Positions 12,249 through 25,865 are shown, numbered from the stretch's first letter. The stretch: 64,000 nt of DNA from Octopus vulgaris (GCA_951406725.2 OX597839.1:34968001-35032000), one strand, 5' to 3'. A program made the numbers and translations. Notes: a model not told the origin generated them from the sequence alone.

Positions 12249-13255
12249 GTTCTGAGAGACAAATTCCGTTTAATTTCTCTGCGTTCTTCCGTTCAGCTGT
12301 TTTATAAACTGGAATAATATATAAAGAAGCGACAAACAGGATCACTTGATATTTTCAGCGAATGACTACTCCAGGTTTTATAATCCATGCTACTTCAACT
12401 TCTTGTGATTATGGAGAAGGATGTGGCGAAGGTTGATAAAACAAAAAGTTCTGTGTTTTTGGTTTTTAAAGCTTGGACAATATTATTGTATGAAAACTAT
12501 CCCAATACATTAAGTGGCCCTGAAGCAAAGGGATTGTGTGGTAGACTGCCTGCTAAGTTATAAGGATGAGCTGAAAGAATCACTAAGACTAAATATTTTG
12601 GGAAAGTTATATTCTGGATCAATCTGAGTGGCTTAAAATGTGTCACGAAACATGAAATCAATTTGAAAATGATTAATATTATGGAAAAAGAAAAAAAATA
12701 GACAATAGTTGCAGGAGTGGCTGTGTGGTAAGGAGCTTGCTTACCGACCACGTGGTTCAGGGTTCAGTCCCACTACGTGGCACCTTGGGCAAGTGTCTTC
12801 TACTATAGCTTCGGGCCAACCAAATCATTGTGAGTGGATTTGGTAGACGGAAACTGAAAGAAGCTCATCGTATATATGTATATATATGTATGTGTGTGTG
12901 TATGTTTGTGTGTCTGTGTTTGTCTTCCCAACATCGCTTGACAACCAATGCTGGTGTGTTTACGTCCCTGTAACTTAGCAGTTCAGCTTAAGAGACTGAT
13001 AGAATAAGTACTAGGCTTACAAAGAATAATTCCTGGGGTCCATTTCCTCGACTAAAGGTGGTGCTCCAGCATGACCACAGTCAAATGACTGAAACAAGTA
13101 AAAGAGTAAAGAGTAAGATTTATTTGGAGATTTTGTCAGTGGGTGCTTTATATACCACTGGTTTATAGTTAAGTAATTTTAGCTGATCTTGCTGAGTTAA
13201 TTTGACTTTTATGGGCAGGTAAATTTAATTAACAGGTGTAAAAGCAACAACGTTA
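12249..13255. repeat. Local duplication: direct copy of 7398-8868 (without the LINE insertion) merging into an inverted copy of 5190-5540; includes SINE A 12710-13115
   Basis: High identity by eye across non-SINE flanking sequence. Confidence 0.85.
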
Positions 13256-13453
13256 TGGATAAACACTGAAATTGAATATAGTCCTATATTTAAGAGATGA
13301 GGAATTATGTACATTATTTACATTTGATGGATATTTGTCCTCATCTCGTTTGTTGTTAACGTGTTTGAGCTGATATTTTCTCCAGACTTCATCAGGTGTC
13401 TTGGAGAAATTTAGAATCTGGGTCCTCAATCCTAAGGTATTTTTCAATGTTGC

Positions 13454-13507
<54 letters not shown>

Positions 13508-13513
<6 letters not shown>

Positions 13514-13662
13514 TGTCACTGCCTGAAATCGAACTCTGAATCTTGGGGTTAGTAGCCTGCGCTCTTAACCACTACGCCCATGGGCATATGGCATAGTGGT
13601 TAAGAGCACGGGCTACTAACCCTAAGATTCTGATTTTAATTCCAGGCAGTGACACGAATAAT
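13508..13662. repeat. Head-to-head palindrome of two short tRNA-like units next to a (TAA)n tract
   Basis: GGGCATATGGCATAGTGGTTAAGAGC..ATTCCAGGCAGTGAC and its inverted copy; a single copy lies at 44553-44645. Confidence 0.8.
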
Positions 13663-13779
13663 GATGATGATGATGATTATAATAAATGCCCTGATGTAGT
13701 ACCAGGCAGTGGCCCTCATGGCTTCTGATCTTAACTGATTGGAAGTGTTATCATGGACATTGTTTTGTCATAATCTGGC

Positions 13780-14279
13780 AGGCTATATCTTGGAAATCTG
13801 CTGGCCAAATGGTTTCCCTTTGTGGCAGAATTAATATTCAAGACTATTTATGCATTTTATCTGATCAAATTCATCCTATGGTTGTGGAACTGTTTCCCTC
13901 CAGAAACAATATTTCAGGATGATAATGCACCAATTCACACAGGTAAAGTTGTTACTGAATGGCACGATGAACATTCTAGTGAAGTTGAACATCTTATCTG
14001 GCCACCACAGTCCCCAGATCTCAATATTATTGAACATTTATGGTGCATTTTAGAAAAACATGTACAGAGTCGATATCTTCCATCATCATTATTACAAGAA
14101 CTGGAGACTGTTTTAGCTGAAGAATGGACAAAAATTCCTTTGGAAATAATTCAAACTTTGTACAGGTCCATACCTCAAAGAAATTTAAGCTGTAATTACT
14201 GCCAAAGGCAGTCCTATCCTATATTAAAATAAATTTGCTTGAAATTTTAAGGTGTTTCCATTATTTTGTCCAACCCCTG
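13780..14279 (+). mobile_element. Tc1 DD36E 3' fragment with right TIR; inverted copy of 3984-4480
   Basis: Near-identical ORF remnant sharing the same frameshift; ends ..TTGTCCAACCCCTG-TA. Confidence 0.9.
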
Positions 14280-14514
14280 TATATATATATATATATATAT
14301 ACTAGCAGTATAATCCGGCTTTCCCCGGGATTAAGTTACGATTATTAAGCTAATCAAATTCTTTATTTCAAACCAAACTAAGTAATATCAACGTCAAATT
14401 TGGGTGAAATCTGTTGAAATTAGTTTATACATATATATATATATGTGTGTGTGTTTATAAGCCATTTAAGAAACACACAAAAACCGTTAGATTCACTTCA
14501 ACATTTAAATTTAA

Positions 14515-14565
14515 TTTGTCAAAACATTTTCGTCGCTTTGAGACCGCGACCTGTTCCCTGACAAA
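14515..14565 (-). ncRNA. Hammerhead-like motif with G3/C8 core (position 4 mutated)
   Basis: Reverse complement tttgtca-GGGAACA-g-gtcgc(9 nt)gcgac-GAAA-atgttt-tgacaaa; homolog at 45111-45161. Confidence 0.5.
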
Positions 14566-14578
14566 GCTTTGTGCTGCA

Positions 14579-14648
<70 letters not shown>

Positions 14649-14659
14649 GTATATGTAAA

Positions 14660-15400
14660 AATGAAAATAACTCTCACATCTCATTTTAACAGATATATTT
14701 ACCAAAATTACATAAAAATATCTTGAAATACTAAAGAGTAAATTTATTCAATAAAATCGCTATTGGCTTCAACCTCCAGATGACTTCAGAATCTTCTGCA
14801 ATTCTTCAGGACAGTCTCCTTATTTAAGTTGGCGAATGCTGCCATAATCCTTGCCTTCAGTTCATCTTTGCTGTTACAAGGAGTTTTGTTGGTTTCTCGC
14901 TCAATTGCACCCCACACATAATAATCAAGGGGGTTGCATTCTGGGGAGTCAGGTGGCCAGATGTTAGGGGTGATGTGGTCGCAGAAATTGTCTGAAAGCC
15001 ATTCCTGGGTTCTCCTGCTTGTGTGGCATGGTGCAGAGTCCTGTTGCCACACATTAAGGTCTTCCAGCAGCCACCCTCTTTACCCAGAGTAGCACCACCT
15101 CCTCCAGGTACTTGATGTAGGCCTCCGTGTTGAGCCTGAGGCCATGTGGGAAGATGAGTGGAGGCATAACCTCGCCATCGCTAGTGATAACTCCAAACAC
15201 CATGATGTTGACTGGATGTTTGATTTTTTTCACTCTTGGTACATGTCCTCAGATTGACGCCCAAACACTCCGAAATGTTCGTATCAGAGCTTCTGGCACA
15301 AATGCAAAGTAGTACAGCATGTTGCTTTCAAATTTATGGCAGAATGAATTGTGTTATGGTGTGGTTTTTCTCACAGACTGTGCCCAACTGACCCTACTGC
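14660..15400 (-). mobile_element. maT-type (DD37D) Tc1/mariner transposon remnant
   Basis: WQQDSAPCH...WPPDSPECNPLDYYVWG with 37 residues between the two aspartates. Confidence 0.85.
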
Positions 15401-15771
15401 GTTAACAACAGTGCTCTCTCTTCCTAGTGTGCAACTTCCTATCTCAGACATGTGAGCATGAGCACAAAAGTGAAGCACTGCATCGCTGGAACTGTATTTT
15501 TTTCATAAACTAGAGGATGGTTACTGACATTAAGCTTAAGGGTTATATAATGTGCAAGTATAAAGAAAGAAGGACTCATTATATTGAATAATATCGAGTA
15601 GAAATAGGGAGTACTGCAGTTCCCCAGTGCTTATGCATGTGTAGTCAAAATAAAAAATATATATACATATAAATAAATGTATGTATGTGACTGTGTGTGT
15701 GTGTTAGATAAAATAAGACAACAAAGTCAAGGCTGTGTGGAATTTTGAGGACATTTATAAAGAAAATGTTG

Positions 15772-15819
15772 GTCTTACAGCTGGATCTGGGATATTGCGG
15801 ATATCCCTTCATCAAAGAC
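15772..15819 (-). ncRNA. Degraded hammerhead-like motif
   Basis: Reverse complement gtct-TTGATGA-a-gggatat(ccgca)atatccc-a-GATC-CAGCTG-TA-agac: all three stems intact, core mutated. Confidence 0.5.
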
Positions 15820-15972
15820 AATGTGAGAGAGTTAAGCAGAGGGAAATAGAAGAGTTCAATATGAGGAGTTATTTTGGAAAAGGATGGATATAGGAAGCAT
15901 AAAGGGAGATAAGAGAATAAAAACAAAAATAAAAATATATATAGGATGTTTTATATATATATATATGTTATA

Positions 15973-16384
15973 GGCGCAGGAGTGGCTGTGTGGTAAGTAG
16001 CTTGCTAACCAGCCACATGGTTCCGGGTTCAGTCCCACTGCGTGGCATCTTGGGCAAGTGTCTTCTGCTATAGCCCCGGGCCGACCAATGCCTTGTGAGT
16101 GGATTTGGTAGACGGAAACTGAAAGAAGCCTGTCGTATATATGTATATGTATATATATATGTATGTGTGTGTTTGTGTGTCTGTGTTTGTCCCCCTAGCA
16201 TTGCTTGACAACAGATGCTGGTGTGTTTACGCCCCCATCACTTAGCGGTTCGGCAAAAAGAGACCGATAGAATAAGTACTGTGCTTACAAAGAATAAGTC
16301 CCGGGGTCGATTTGCTCGACTAAAGGCGGTGCTCCAGCATGGCCGCAGTCAAATGACTGAAACAAGTAAAAGAGTAAAAGAGTA
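15973..16384 (+). mobile_element. SINE family A, full length
   Basis: Complete head to tail. Confidence 0.9.
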
Positions 16385-16683
16385 TATATATATATATATA
16401 CGTGTGTGTGTGTGTGTGTGTATGTACATATTCTCATTGTCTCTATTGTTGCAACACAATAGACAAACAATAATATATAACATGAGAACGAGAATGAAGG
16501 AAAGAGAAAAACAGGGAGATAAAAGTTTCATGTGAACCAGTGCAATGGCTGACCAGAAGAGAAGTGAACTAACTTCACAGCAAGAGAAAGGACGGGACAG
16601 ACAAAACGAACAGAGATTAAACAAAGAGAGAATTATCAAATTCAGGCTTGCCCTTGAAATTATATACATACGTACACACATAC

Positions 16684-16743
<60 letters not shown>

Positions 16744-16745
<2 letters not shown>

Positions 16746-17166
16746 CTCTTTTACTCTTTTACTCTTTTACTTGTTTCAGTCATTTGACTGCGGCCATGCT
16801 GGAGCACCACCTTTTTTAGTCGAGCAAATCGACTCCGGACTTATTCTTTGTAAGCCCAGTACTTATTATATCAGTCTCTTTTGCCGAACCGCTAAGTGAC
16901 GGGGGACGTGAACACACCAGCATCGGTTGTCAAGCAATGCTAGGGGGACAAACACAGACACACAAACACAAACACATACACACACTCATATATATATATA
17001 CATATATACGACGGGCTTCTTTCAGTTTCCGTCTACCAAATCCACTCACAAGGCATTGGTTGGCCCGGGTCTATAGCAGAAGACACTTGCCCAAGGTGCC
17101 ACGCAGTGGGACTGAACCCGGAACCATGTGGCTGGTTAGCAAGCTACTTACCACACAGCCACTCCT

Positions 17167-17170
<4 letters not shown>
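16744..17170 (-). mobile_element. SINE family A, full length
   Basis: Complete reverse-complement copy flanked by (TA)n. Confidence 0.9.
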
Positions 17171-17216
<46 letters not shown>

Positions 17217-17585
17217 CAGAAAAAATAACACTATTATGCAATTCAAACAATGATAGGCATAAACCAAATCATAAATAAAAAAATATATATTTTTATAAAA
17301 CATATAACTAGATCTCAAAAAGTATAAAAATGAATGATCAATATATAATAAGTAAAAAAACTACGTATGTTTCATGGCTACAATTAAATTCAAGTTTCAA
17401 TTAAATTTAAATACAATTGAAATATTAAATATTAACATAATAAATGTGTTGTAGGAATTAAACCTAATGTTTTAAGTTTCAAATTTAGTTAATGGTGTTT
17501 TTTCTACAAGAAAAATTATAATTTTATTTATTTTCAAATAAATATTGTTTAACTGTATTTGCTTATTTATTTAACTTTTATAGTT

Positions 17586-17670
17586 AACCTGAAGATTGAC
17601 TATAATTTTAAATTGAATTTAAATTTAATTGTAATTCGAATTTAATTGTAGCCATGAAACGTACATAGTT
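17586..17670 (+). ncRNA. Hammerhead-like motif with long AT-rich stem II
   Basis: aac-CTGAAGA-t-tgactataatt..aattgtagcca-t-GAAAC-GTAC-ATA-gtt; the inverted partial copy at 17349-17420 gives GAAAC-ATAC-GTA-gtt. Confidence 0.5.
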
Positions 17671-17779
17671 TTTTTTACTTATGTTTGTTTCTTTTTACAC
17701 AATATTAAAACAATGGCTAAACATTTTCTGAAGCAGCACCCCGAATAATTTTATCTTTTTTTTTCTACTCTAATCACAT

Positions 17780-18570
17780 GACTCAAAATTTTTGGGAAAG
17801 GAGACAGTTAATTCACTTGACCCCAGTATGCAACTGGTACTTAATTTATCGACCTCGAAAGGATGAAAGGCAAAGTTGACCTCAGCAGAGTTTGAACTTA
17901 GAACGTCAAGACAGACGAAATACCACTAAGCATTTCGCCCGGCGTGCTAACATTTCTGCCAGCTCACCATCTTCTTAATACTAAAATATTCTTTTCTTCT
18001 CTAGGCACAAGGCCTGAAATTTTTGGAGAGAAAGCCAGTCGATTAGACTGACTCCAGTACACAACTGGTACTTAATTTCTTGACCATGAAAGGATAAAAA
18101 GCAAAGTCGACCTTGGCAGAATTTGAACTCAGAACGTAAAGACAGATGAATTACCTATTTCTTTACTACCCACAAGGGGCTAAACACAGAGAGGACAAAC
18201 AAGGACAGACAAACGGATTAAGTCAGTTACATCAGCCCCAGTGTGTAACTGGTACTTAATTTATCACCCCCGAAAGGACAAAAGGCAAAGTCGACCTCAG
18301 TGGAATTTGAACTCAGAACTTAGCGGCAGATAAAATACCTATTTCTTTACTACCCACAAGGGACTAAACACAGAGTGGACAAACAAGGACAGACAAACGG
18401 ATTAAGTCGATTATATCGACCCCAGTGCGTAACTGGTACTTATTTAATCGACCCCGAAAGGATGAAAGACAAAGTCGACCTTGGCGGAATTTGAACTCAG
18501 AACGTAGCGGCAGACTAAATACCAAAAAGTATTTTACCCGGCATGCTAATATTTCTGCCAGCTCACAACC
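17780..18570 (-). mobile_element. Cluster of SINE family C (Nin/Deu-like central domain) with internal tandem duplications
   Basis: Repeated reverse complement of GTTCAAATTCCGCCGAGGTCGACTTTGCCTTTCATCCTTTCGGGGTCGAT..AAGTACCAG. Confidence 0.8.
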
Positions 18571-19129
18571 ATAACACCCCAACTAATTTTATCTATGAGC
18601 CACCACTGGACACAATGCTTCTGGCACTGTGCTTCAAGGAGGACACCTAGAAATAGTTGATAGCTTCCGTTATCGAGATGACCATGCCAGCAATGGAAGT
18701 AGATGCTCCAGTGAACTAAAACTCTTTGAGTTATTGCTCCAGCATGGCCACAGTCAAATGACTGAAACAAGTAAAAGAATGAAAGAATTTATATGATTAC
18801 ATAACAGTTATAGCGTGGGTGAGACAAAGAAACCGTTTAAGAAGGCAATGATGATAAAAGGAAAAGCCCGCCAGAAACCCATTTTGTTTATGTTTGTCCT
18901 TACTAGGCCATTCTATTGTGAAGAGTCTTAAACTTTTGACGCACTCATATGACACGGCCCGCTGGCACAATGCCACCGAGTTGCTGAAAGGAACTGGGTC
19001 AAGGGCCAGGGTCTCAGTTCACATCACTCGCCAGACAGGTAGAGACAGTGAAATGCTCTCACACACACACACACACACACAAACAAACATTCACACACAC
19101 ACACACACATAAACATGTAAATATATGTG

Positions 19130-19169
<40 letters not shown>

Positions 19170-19178
19170 CGTGTGTGT

Positions 19179-19490
19179 GGAGGCGCAATGGCCCAGTGGT
19201 TAGGGCAGTGGACTCGCGGTCGTAGGATCGCGGTTTCGATTCCCAGACCGGGCGTTGTGAGTGTTTATTGAGCGAAAACACCTAAAGCTCCACGAGGCTC
19301 TGGCAGGGGTTGGTGGCGAACCCTGCTCTACTCTTTCACCACAACTTTCTCTCACTCTTTCTTCTGTTGGCCTGCTCGCTTAGCCAGCGGAGTGGCATGA
19401 TTTGAAGGCTAAAACAATGCGAAGCGCATTGTGACCAATGATGTGTAACAACATCTGATAGCCTGATCGGTCACGGTGGTCACGGTGGAT
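19179..19490 (+). mobile_element. SINE family B (tRNA-Arg-like head)
   Basis: GGAGGCGCAATGGCCCAGTGGTTAG..GACTCGCGGTC..GTTTCGATTCCC; copies at 20943, 25486 and 59640. Confidence 0.85.
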
Positions 19491-19507
19491 ATATATATAT
19501 ACATGTA

Positions 19508-20590
<1,083 letters not shown>

Positions 20591-20685
20591 AAGTATATAT
20601 ATATACATATGTATGTGTGTGTATAGACATATGCATACATTGCATTCATACATAGATATATGCACACACACACACACACACACAA

Positions 20686-20908
20686 ACAAGGGGTGCCGCT
20701 AAAGTTCCTGGTTTCAAGGGTGTCACAAAGTGTCTGGTTGGAGGTTCAAACTTCCCACATCTTTTACTGGGCTTAAAAATAACTGAAGGACCACTGTAAT
20801 AAGTGGGTGACTCTGAGAAGGGAATACGTTGAATAAAATCAAAATTAACTGAACCCCCTGCATTATCTTTTAACAAAAGCCAAGAAATTTTCTGCACTTC
20901 CTCATGTA
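20686..20908. mobile_element. Mariner-type non-autonomous element
   Basis: Degenerate TIRs ACAAGGGGTGCCGCTAAAGTTCCTGG / GCCAAGAAATTTTCTGCACTTCCTCATGTA. Confidence 0.55.
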
Positions 20909-20942
20909 TGTGTGTGTGTATATGTATGTATGTATGTATTGT

Positions 20943-21330
20943 GGAGGCGCAATGGCCCAGTGGTTAGGGCAGTGGACTCGCGGTCATAGGATTGCGGTTT
21001 CGATTCCCAGACCGGGCGTTGTGAGTGTTTATTGAGCGAAAACACCTAAAAACGCTCCACGAGGCTCTGGCAGGGGATGGTGGTGATCCCTGCTGTACTC
21101 TTTCATCACAACTTTCTCTCACTCTTTCTTCCTGTTTCTGTTGTACCTGTATTTCAAAGGGCCAGCCTTGTCACTCTCTGTGTCACGCTGAATATCCCCG
21201 AGAACTACGTTAAGGGTGCACGTGTCTGTGGAGTGCTCAGCCACTTACACGTTAATTTCACGAGCAGGCTGTTCCGTTGATTCGGATCAACCGGAACCCT
21301 CATCGTCGTAACCGATGGAGTGCTTCAATC
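20943..21330 (+). mobile_element. SINE family B, long form
   Basis: Same head as 19179 with a different 3' portion. Confidence 0.85.
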
Positions 21331-21336
21331 AATGTA

Positions 21337-21401
<65 letters not shown>

Positions 21402-21422
21402 ATATGTATATATATATATATT

Positions 21423-21970
21423 ATGTCAGGTCACTTTCGAGTGCTACTGGTAACATGTAACCCAGTACAACCTGTTGCATGGTCGGGTCATCGGCAACTA
21501 AACCGGCAACCCCACCAAGCTTGCTTGGTGAGGAGGGTGTTTATTGGACACCCTGCGGGATGAAAAACAAAACTCGTCACAGGGCGGAGGAACTCTTGAG
21601 AGTCAACGGCCATCCAATAAATGTCTTAAGGCTGTATCATGCGCGGGGACATAGAAATAATACCCAATCACGCGATTAAACCATTGGGAGTGAAGGACTC
21701 CTAGCTTTGTTAGGGCATCCTTCTAGGAGAAGGTAACTCGGGTAACTGGGATAACTCCGACATAAAACCTGCAGCTCAGTGGTTACCGATGATGTTGACT
21801 TGCTCTTCTTTTCGGATTATGGCTGCTGTTGCTTAGTGAGTGAGATTGATTCAGTGCACAGCCTTTCCTCACTTTAAAAAAAATCTTCTTGCACAGGCAT
21901 TGCACAATAACAACATTGATTAAGCTTCGTGCAATGGCCATACTCAATAACGAGGGGGCAGCCACCATGT
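21423..21970 (+). mobile_element. RTE-type LINE 5'UTR-like element in (TA)n
   Basis: Homologous to 32415-32620 (minus); contains GGCATCCTTCTAGGAGAAGGTAACTC, resembling RTE 5'UTR motifs. Confidence 0.5.
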
Positions 21971-22234
21971 ATATATATATATATATACATATAATAATTA
22001 TTTGAGGGAATATTATTCCTAACTTACAGGGAAAAATTCAATTTAGAAATACTAAATCAAATTTCACAAAATATAATATATATATATATAAAAATTAGAT
22101 TTTGGGAAAAAATTTACTTAATCATCGGTATATTATTGTTATTTTAATTTTAATATTTCTATTATATGTAATTTTCTAGATGGTGTAATTTAATTGTTCA
22201 TTTTGAATTGATTAAAGGTGTTTTTTTTCTAATT

Positions 22235-22284
<50 letters not shown>

Positions 22285-22348
22285 GTAAAAACGGTAAGAT
22301 AACAAAAGAAAGAAAGAGACCTCAATATTATGTAAATAGAGGAAATTT

Positions 22349-22553
22349 ATCTGTAAAATAATATGTGAAAGTTATTCAATAGCCAAGATAAACCTCTGAG
22401 TTTCGGATGCCGAGGTGGAAATCCACAACACCATCTCTTCGGTTATCTGGCCAGATAACCAAAGAGATGGTGTTGTGGATTTCCACCTCGGCATCCGAAG
22501 CTCAGAGGTTTATCTTGGCTATTGGATAATTGTCACATATTATTTTACAGATA
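22349..22553. repeat. Near-perfect ~205-bp palindrome without spacer; each arm holds a hammerhead-like motif
   Basis: Centre CTGG|CCAG at 22450/22451; arm reads agataa-CCGAAGA-gatg..catc-c-GAAA-CTCAGAG-GT-ttatct. Confidence 0.85.
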
Positions 22554-23214
22554 TATATATATATATATATGTGTGTGTAGATAGATAGATAGATAGATAA
22601 GTACATAGATGCATACATACATACATACATACATGCATACATACATACATACATACATACATACATACATACATACATACATACATACATACATACATGC
22701 ATGCAAGTGTATATAGATATGTGTTTAGGCATATGCAAAATTTAAGTTTGTTAAAATATGTTTGTGACATTTCAACTTTTAAAAGCAAATTCACTGCAGC
22801 TACCATGGAGAAAACATTTTCTCTTATGGTAGAGAGGTGTAAAGACACCGTATCTGGTCAGTGCTGCCCCTTTTGGGTTCCCAGACATGTTTCTAGCTGT
22901 TTGGCTGTTAAGAATGAGAAACAACAAATAGAGGTAACTCTGAACAGCTTTAAAGCTTTAACTAAAACACAGTGTTTTAGTTAAAGCTATGGATTTAATA
23001 AGTCTGTCCAGAGTTGCCTCTCTTCATTATTACCTATTGATAATGGTTAAACAGCTAGAAACAGAATCTGAGAATTTGACAGGGGCAGCACAGGACAGAT
23101 TTGATGTTTTTCCACCTTTTTACCATAAGTGGATTGGTCTTTAGATGTTGAAATATATCATAAACATATTTTAACTAATCTAAACTTTTCCTATATATAT
23201 ATATATATATATAT

Positions 23215-24195
23215 AAAACGTGTAGAGTGGTCACTCTCACCCAGCTATGAGCTGAGAGGGAGCTATCTCTAAAAGTCAGGCTGACGTGGTGAATGGTTTC
23301 ATCATTCTGACTGCATCTTGGGTAGGTCGGTTAGGTGTTTCTTGAACCGTGTCTGAATACCTTCTCTTGAACAGGCAATGCTTTTTGATAGCACTGCCAG
23401 GCCAGGGATCTCTGGAAATTGTCCATAGGTCCTGGCCCGAATGTGGTCCTGAAGAGGTGGGTCATGTATTTCCTATCGACGCCCAGATTCTCCCCAAGAA
23501 TGGCATCAGACCTCACCTCCACTAGTCCTCTATAGAACACCCTGGTGGATTTGAAGTTGCACAAGTCTGATCCCAGATGGCAAAGCTGCTCCAGAGCTTA
23601 GCAACATTTGTGGTGCCATTCGCTCAACCTCGGTCTTTGCCTGATCCATAATTGCAGTTCGGCCAAAGAGACAAGCTGCAGGAAGGTGCGTCTCACAAAC
23701 GGTGACCACACCTGTTCACCGTTGTCAATGAAACACTGGAGATGTCACAGTTTCAGCGTATGTCTGTGCATCATTAACCACGGTATACACAGCCCTCCAT
23801 TTAACAGATGTTGCCTGACCATCGAAAAGCTTCCCTTCTACAAAAAGCAGAAGAGTATGTATTCCAGTTTCATGATGGTAGGGTCGGGACAAGGTACGAC
23901 GGTCAGACGGTAGTAGATGACGTGATGTACGCATTCACCACGTCTGCCTGACCTTTTAGAGATAGCTTCCTCTCAGCCCATAGCTGGGTGAGAATGACCC
24001 CTCTACTCATTGTTTCGTCCCAGTTCTTCCCTATTTGGAGGTCTGGACTAAACCAGACCCCAAGCAATTTAACCGGTTCATTGGTCCAGCATCCCATGGT
24101 GGAGACGCTGTTGGACAGCATGTGTTTGCTTCTCCAGGTGCTGAGCCACAAACCCATTGATCTTTCCCAGTTAATTTTTGCTCCCATTACCATTA
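23215..24195 (-). pseudogene. L1/Tx1-like LINE ORF2 remnant
   Basis: [41 protein letters not shown] and NFQRSLAWQCYQKALPV..RHG; disrupted frames. Confidence 0.8.
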
Positions 24196-24319
24196 GATAG
24201 ATAGATAAATAGTGAGAGAGAGAGAGAGATATATATATAGAGAGAGAGATAAATAGATAGACAGATAGATAGATAGATAAGTTAGATTGATAGATCGAAA
24301 GATAGATAGATAGATAGAT

Positions 24320-24358
<39 letters not shown>

Positions 24359-24407
24359 AATATAGATAGACAAATAAATAGACAGGTAGATAGATAGGCA
24401 GACAGAG

Positions 24408-24501
<94 letters not shown>

Positions 24502-24554
24502 TTAGATAGATAGATAACCTATCTATGTAGGTAGGTAGGTAGGTAGGTAGGTAG

Positions 24555-24585
<31 letters not shown>

Positions 24586-24750
24586 TAAATAGATAGACAG
24601 ATTGATAGATAGATAGACAGATTGACAGACAGACAGATGGATAGATAAGATAGATTGATAGATAGATAGATAGATAGATAGACAAATAGATAGACAGGTA
24701 GATAGATAGGCAGACAGAGAGATGGATAGATAAGATAGATAGATAGATAC
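24196..24750. repeat. (GATA/GACA)n compound microsatellite
   Basis: Direct inspection; similar arrays at 38545-39122, 43305-43710, 47320-47990 and 58660-59060. Confidence 0.95.
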
Positions 24751-25122
24751 ATGTGCGTGTACAAACACATGCACACCCACAGAACAAAATTGAGCAAGGC
24801 AGATCAACTCGCCTCATATCCTTTACTATATTCTAACTCTCCCTCTGCTGAGAAACTCTCTTCTACGCAGTTCCCATAACTTTGTTTTATTTCCATTCAC
24901 TTTACTGCCTTGGGCTGTAAACCATTCTAATTGCAAATACATTTTCCTTCCTTCCTTTCCGGTTTTTTTCCCCATTCTCGACTAAAGATCTCTGTCTCCT
25001 CAAGTTCTTCCTCTCAAACTTATCTTTTATGCACCCAGTCCATTGTTTCAAAGCTTATTTCCTCAAGGCTGCTTGGATATATAATACACATATACATATG
25101 TGTGTATATGTATATATACATA

Positions 25123-25730
25123 GGCGCAGGAGTGTCTGTGTGGTAAGTAGCTTGCTAACCAACCACATGGTTCTGGGTTCAGTCCCACTGCATGGCACCT
25201 TGGGCAAGTGTCTTCTGCTATAGCCCCGGGCCGACCAATGCCTTGTGAGTGGATTTGGTAGGTGGAAACTAAAAGAATCCCGTCGTATATATGTATGTGT
25301 GTCTGTGTTTGACCCCCTAGCATTGCTTGACAACCGATGCTGGTGTGTTTATGTCCCCCGTCACTTAGCGGTTCGGCAAAAAGAGACCGATAGAATAACT
25401 ACTGGGTCGAGTTGGTCGATTAAAGGCGGTGCTCCAGCATGGCCACAGTCAAATAACTGAAACAAGTAAAAAAGAGTAAATATATGGAGGCGCAATGGCC
25501 CAGTGGTTAGAGCAGCGGATTCGCAGTTGTACGATCGCAGTTTCGATTCCCAGACCGGGCGTTGTGAGTGTTTATTGAGCGAAAACACCTAAAGCTCCAC
25601 AAGGCTCTTTCTTCTGTTGGCCTGCTCGCTTAGCCAGCGGGGTGGCATCATTTGAAGGCTAAAACAATGCGAAGCGCATTGTGACCAGCAATGTATAGTA
25701 ACATCTGATAGTCTGATCGGTCAAGGTGAT
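25123..25730 (+). mobile_element. SINE A (25123-25478) followed by an internally deleted SINE B (25486-25730)
   Basis: Family-diagnostic heads. Confidence 0.85.
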
Positions 25731-25751
25731 ATCTATATATATGTATATATG

Positions 25752-25787
<36 letters not shown>

Positions 25788-25865
25788 TATGTGTGTATAT
25801 GTATATATATACATACACACACACATATACATATGTGTATACGTGTATATATATATATATATATA

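Noticed and set aside
19179-19255. Functional tRNA genes at SINE heads
   Set aside because: A/B boxes are present but cloverleaves are incomplete and continue into SINE bodies
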